DNA of 64,000 nucleotides. It comes from an uncultured Candidatus Rokubacteria bacterium (GTDB lineage Bacteria > Methylomirabilota > Methylomirabilia > Rokubacteriales > DASRDR01). Below the pieces are notes generated by a model. The model ran no database searches. It was not told where the DNA came from and worked only from the letters and a program-made list of their open reading frames with translations. Of the stretch, positions 60,979 through 64,000 are shown piece by piece (the stretch's first letter is position 1; the number at the start of each line of letters is the position of its first letter). The stretch covers positions 352,001 to 416,000 of the forward strand of contig CAWDVE010000019.1 of assembly GCA_963805625.1 (NCBI GenBank), given 5' to 3'. A program made the position numbers and the translations under genes.

Positions 60979-61931
60979 TCTGCCTCGAACCGGGGATACA
61001 CGTGGCTGCGCGCCCGCATCCGGAAGGCCTCCAGGTCGAGCCCCTGCTCGGGCCCGATGACGGTCATCCCCAGCTTCTTGAGCTCGTCCAGGAACTCAGC
61101 CTCTTGCCTCCTGGCGACCGCGTCGCCATGCCGCGACGCCTCGACGGCGGCCTGCTCGATCACCGCCCGCGCGCCGGGGGTCAGCGACTGGTAGACGCGC
61201 TCGTTGATGACGGCGGCGGCGAAGGCGTGGATGTGTCCGGTCAGGATTAGGTACTTCTGCACCTCGTGGTACTTCGAGGTGTATATGGTCGAGATCGTGT
61301 TGTCCTGCCCGTCCACGACGCCGGACCGGAGGCCCTGGTAGACCTCGGCGAAGTCCATTGGGCTAGGCCGGCCACCCAGACCCTCCACCGTCGCCATGAC
61401 GATCGGCGTGGGCACCGCCCTGATCTTGAGTCCCCGGAGGTCCTCCGGCCTCAGGACGCGCGTGCGGCTCGTGGTGAGATGGCGAACGCCGTGGTACTGA
61501 GCGTAGAGGATGCGCACGCCGCCTCGGTCGACGAGGCGTTTCCCGAGCTCCTGGCCGATCGGGCCTCCGAAGGTTCTCCGGAGGTGCTCGAGGTCACGGA
61601 AGACGTAGGGCGCATCGAAGACGGATAGCTCGGGGACGAGGTCCGCGAGCGTGCCGAACGGAGTTCCGCCGGAGATCTCGATGGAACCGATCTTGACCCC
61701 GGTCCACGCCTCGTTCATGCGGCCGAGCTGCGCGGACGGAAAGACCCTGATCTGCACCTCGCCACCGGTCCGGCTCTGTACCAGCTCGGCGAAGCGCGCC
61801 GCGGCCTCGTAGATCGGGTGCCCGGGGTTGTTGTTGTGGGCGAACTTCAGGATCACGGCTCCGTGGGCCCACCCGGGAAAGATCAGCGCCACGACGACTA
61901 AGGCCACGATCCAGCGCCGCATCGGGTTCAT
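60933..61931 (-). CDS. dctP: TRAP transporter substrate-binding protein
   Basis: Signal peptide, FPSAQLG, DLRGLKIR, EVYQGL..GVVDGQDN. Confidence 0.92.
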   Translation of the reverse strand: MNPMRRWIVALVVVALIFPGWAHGAVILKFAHNNNPGHPIYEAAARFAELVQSRTGGEVQIRVFPSAQLGRMNEAWTGVKIGSIEISGGTPFGTLADLVPELSVFDAPYVFRDLEHLRRTFGGPIGQELGKRLVDRGGVRILYAQYHGVRHLTTSRTRVLRPEDLRGLKIRAVPTPIVMATVEGLGGRPSPMDFAEVYQGLRSGVVDGQDNTISTIYTSKYHEVQKYLILTGHIHAFAAAVINERVYQSLTPGARAVIEQAAVEASRHGDAVARRQEAEFLDELKKLGMTVIGPEQGLDLEAFRMRARSHVYPRFEAEWTQTLLEQVQALGR

Positions 61932-61947
61932 CGGGTTCTCCAACGCG

Positions 61948-63600
61948 TCAAGGGTTACTCGGAATCCCCTGCACGGAGTGACTCGAGGGCTCGCCGCGGG
62001 GGGCGGCCACCCGATGGAGGTGGAGGATCTTTCCCGCGCCCGTGACGACCGGCGGCCGCCGCTCGACGCGCAGCAACCCGGCCTGTCGCCAGGAGAGCGC
62101 CATCACGTGCTTGGCCTCCTCGCCGCGACCGAGCGCTTCCAGGAACACGTCGGCGATGGCGCGGTCGTCAGCGGGGCCGATGGCCGGATGTACGAGGAGC
62201 AGGAGCCGACTCCGACCGTTTTCCTGCTCCTCCTCCACGAGCTGGTAGTCGGCCGGACTTCCTCCGAATCGGGTCGGCAGCACCTCCTCCAGCACCCGGA
62301 TCGCGTCGACGTCGAGAAATGTCATCCCGCCGGCCGTCAGCTTCTCGAAGCTGCGGATCGTGTGCACGTGCGTCCGCCAGCCGTACTCCTCCAGTCGGCA
62401 GCCGCAGGCGCGGCGATCGAAGATCGCCTCGTCGCCCAGCGACACGTTCAGGAAGACCAGGGGGGCGCGCATCCGGAGCGACGTGATCAGGAGCGCGCGC
62501 GGGGACAAATCCGGCGACGTGGGGGCGTCACCCGGCTGGACGAAGGCGTGGAGGTCGTCAGTGAGGTGGCTGTCGTCCGCCTGGACGGGGGCCAGGCAGC
62601 CCAGGCTCAGCGCGCTCCCGGTCTCAGCGGCACCGTAGTGCGTGAACCCCTCGGCGCCGACCTCCCGGATGACGGCCAGGCGGGCAGCGGTGACGGGTTC
62701 GCCACCGAGGGTGAACTGCACACCGCGGAGGTCGATCCCCGCCTCGCGGGCGGCCTGGCAGACACGGACAGCGGAGCTGGTGAAGGTCTGGAGGAGAGGC
62801 ACCTCGCCCCTCCGCAGGATCGCGGTCATCCAGCGGAGGATGGGGGAGGAATCGTCGAGGGGAACGTGTCGCGGGTACGGGATGGGCCTCCCAGCCACGC
62901 GGCTGAGCGCGCACACGAGCCGCGCGCTCCACCGATACCGGGCGGGGATGCTTGGTGAGTCGGGATAGAGCTGTGAAAACCAGGCCGTCGGTAGCCGCCC
63001 GAATCCTGCGTACGTGAGGACCATGTTGAGGGCACCGCCACCCGGGACGGTCCAGTGCCCCTTGTGCCACGTCGCGCCGCCGCGGGCATGAACGACGAGG
63101 CACGTGTTGGTGGACTGCTCGCGGAGGAACGCGAGGTCGATCGGCACAGACATGCCGGGCCCCCGGCTACCGCCGCTCCGGACGAAGGCGTGCACCGCGG
63201 CGCGCGGGTTGCGGAGCTGCCCAGGGTGCACCGAGAACTGGTCGCTCCCTCGCACGACCGGTCGGCGCCCCTTGAACTCCTCGATGGTGAGGTAAACGCC
63301 CGCCCGGTAGAGATGGTGAAGCGCCCCCTCCAGCCCCTCCCGGCGCACCAGGTTTTCGAGATCCCCTCGCTCACAACCGGCGCGTTGGAGGAGGCGGAGG
63401 TAAGGGCTGCGTAGGTTACCGTAGACGGCGGCGCGCACGAGGGCGAGCCAGGCGGCGTCGCGGGTCTCTCGTCGGTGCCGCTGGGCCGCCGCGGACGCCT
63501 CGAACGTCAGTCGGTGGCGCAGGAACCCTGGTAGGGCCGAGGCCAGGCGCGCGGCGGCGCTGATGTTCTCGATCCACTCCGGGAAAGGCCACGTTCCCAT
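61948..63600 (-). CDS. Hypothetical protein distantly related to phenylacetate-CoA ligase / ANL adenylating enzymes
   Basis: 550 aa; RSGGSRG (P-loop-like), GGEP, YGAAETG, LLITSL, LGD...CGC. Confidence 0.6.
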   Translation of the reverse strand: MGTWPFPEWIENISAAARLASALPGFLRHRLTFEASAAAQRHRRETRDAAWLALVRAAVYGNLRSPYLRLLQRAGCERGDLENLVRREGLEGALHHLYRAGVYLTIEEFKGRRPVVRGSDQFSVHPGQLRNPRAAVHAFVRSGGSRGPGMSVPIDLAFLREQSTNTCLVVHARGGATWHKGHWTVPGGGALNMVLTYAGFGRLPTAWFSQLYPDSPSIPARYRWSARLVCALSRVAGRPIPYPRHVPLDDSSPILRWMTAILRRGEVPLLQTFTSSAVRVCQAAREAGIDLRGVQFTLGGEPVTAARLAVIREVGAEGFTHYGAAETGSALSLGCLAPVQADDSHLTDDLHAFVQPGDAPTSPDLSPRALLITSLRMRAPLVFLNVSLGDEAIFDRRACGCRLEEYGWRTHVHTIRSFEKLTAGGMTFLDVDAIRVLEEVLPTRFGGSPADYQLVEEEQENGRSRLLLLVHPAIGPADDRAIADVFLEALGRGEEAKHVMALSWRQAGLLRVERRPPVVTGAGKILHLHRVAAPRGEPSSHSVQGIPSNP

Positions 63601-64000
63601 CTCACCCGGCCGTTGTCTGCCCGACCCCGAGTCTCGGCACGTCGACCGCCGGCGTGGACGGGAGGCCGGACGCCGTCAGGCCGACGATTCTTCCTTCGAT
63701 GAGGCCGACTCGGCCGTACTCGTGGAAGACGCTTGACGGGTCCATGCCGTGGCCCCCCTCAACCGTGAGCCGCCGGATCCCCTGGACCGCCATGATGGAA
63801 TTCCGTCCGCAGTATATACGCTGCGGCATTCTGTGGGACAACGCGGCTTGGTCCCCGCCGTTCGTCATCTGCAGGTTCCGCCCCGCTATGGTCTCGTGTG
63901 ACCTAGACTTGCTCGCCGTGTTCTGACCAGGGGCCACGGCAGGCGGCCGCGCGCCAAGTGGCCTTATCGCTCGCGCGCGGACTGGATCTCCGCCTTTCCG

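Noticed and set aside
63602-63937. Short ORFs at the window end
   Set aside because: No recognisable motif or RBS; cannot be supported.

Overview
GC-rich bacterial window. The style resembles Ca. Rokubacteria/Methylomirabilota, but that is inference only. About 1.3-57 kb is one dense stress/dormancy gene super-cluster. It holds 6 universal stress protein genes, 4 CBS-pair proteins, an HPF/RaiA hibernation factor, a BON protein, PfkB, a PIMT-erythromycin-esterase fusion plus a second PIMT, RtcB+archease and RtcA, YbaK, an archaeal-type SAM synthetase, PncB+NadE, a lone GroEL, two TraR/DksA paralogs, two DUF2267 genes, an acsA-pdhABC-ACP operon, a second E1 pair, two P-type ATPases, and ZIP, DASS and MacAB-like transporters. 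Many of these families match the M. tuberculosis DosR regulon. Reading the intergenic DNA by eye, I find about 17 correctly oriented sigma54 (-24/-12, GG-N10-GC) promoter matches. I also find a recurring palindromic site TG(G/A)GG-N8-CC(C/T)C(A/G), often in tandem, roughly 40-170 bp upstream of many of them. This suggests an RpoN/enhancer-protein-driven dormancy regulon whose activator is not in the window. The cluster carries many deletion scars: a MAT::ACP chimera, an arcC with an internal deletion, a Lon fragment, a truncated USP, and a frameshifted P-type ATPase. After 57 kb come a GntR remnant, a cyclase, a Calx-beta fragment, a TRAP transporter and a PaaK-like hypothetical gene. I recognised no rRNA, tRNA, CRISPR array or transposase. 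All calls are by-eye motif recognition; no database searches were run.
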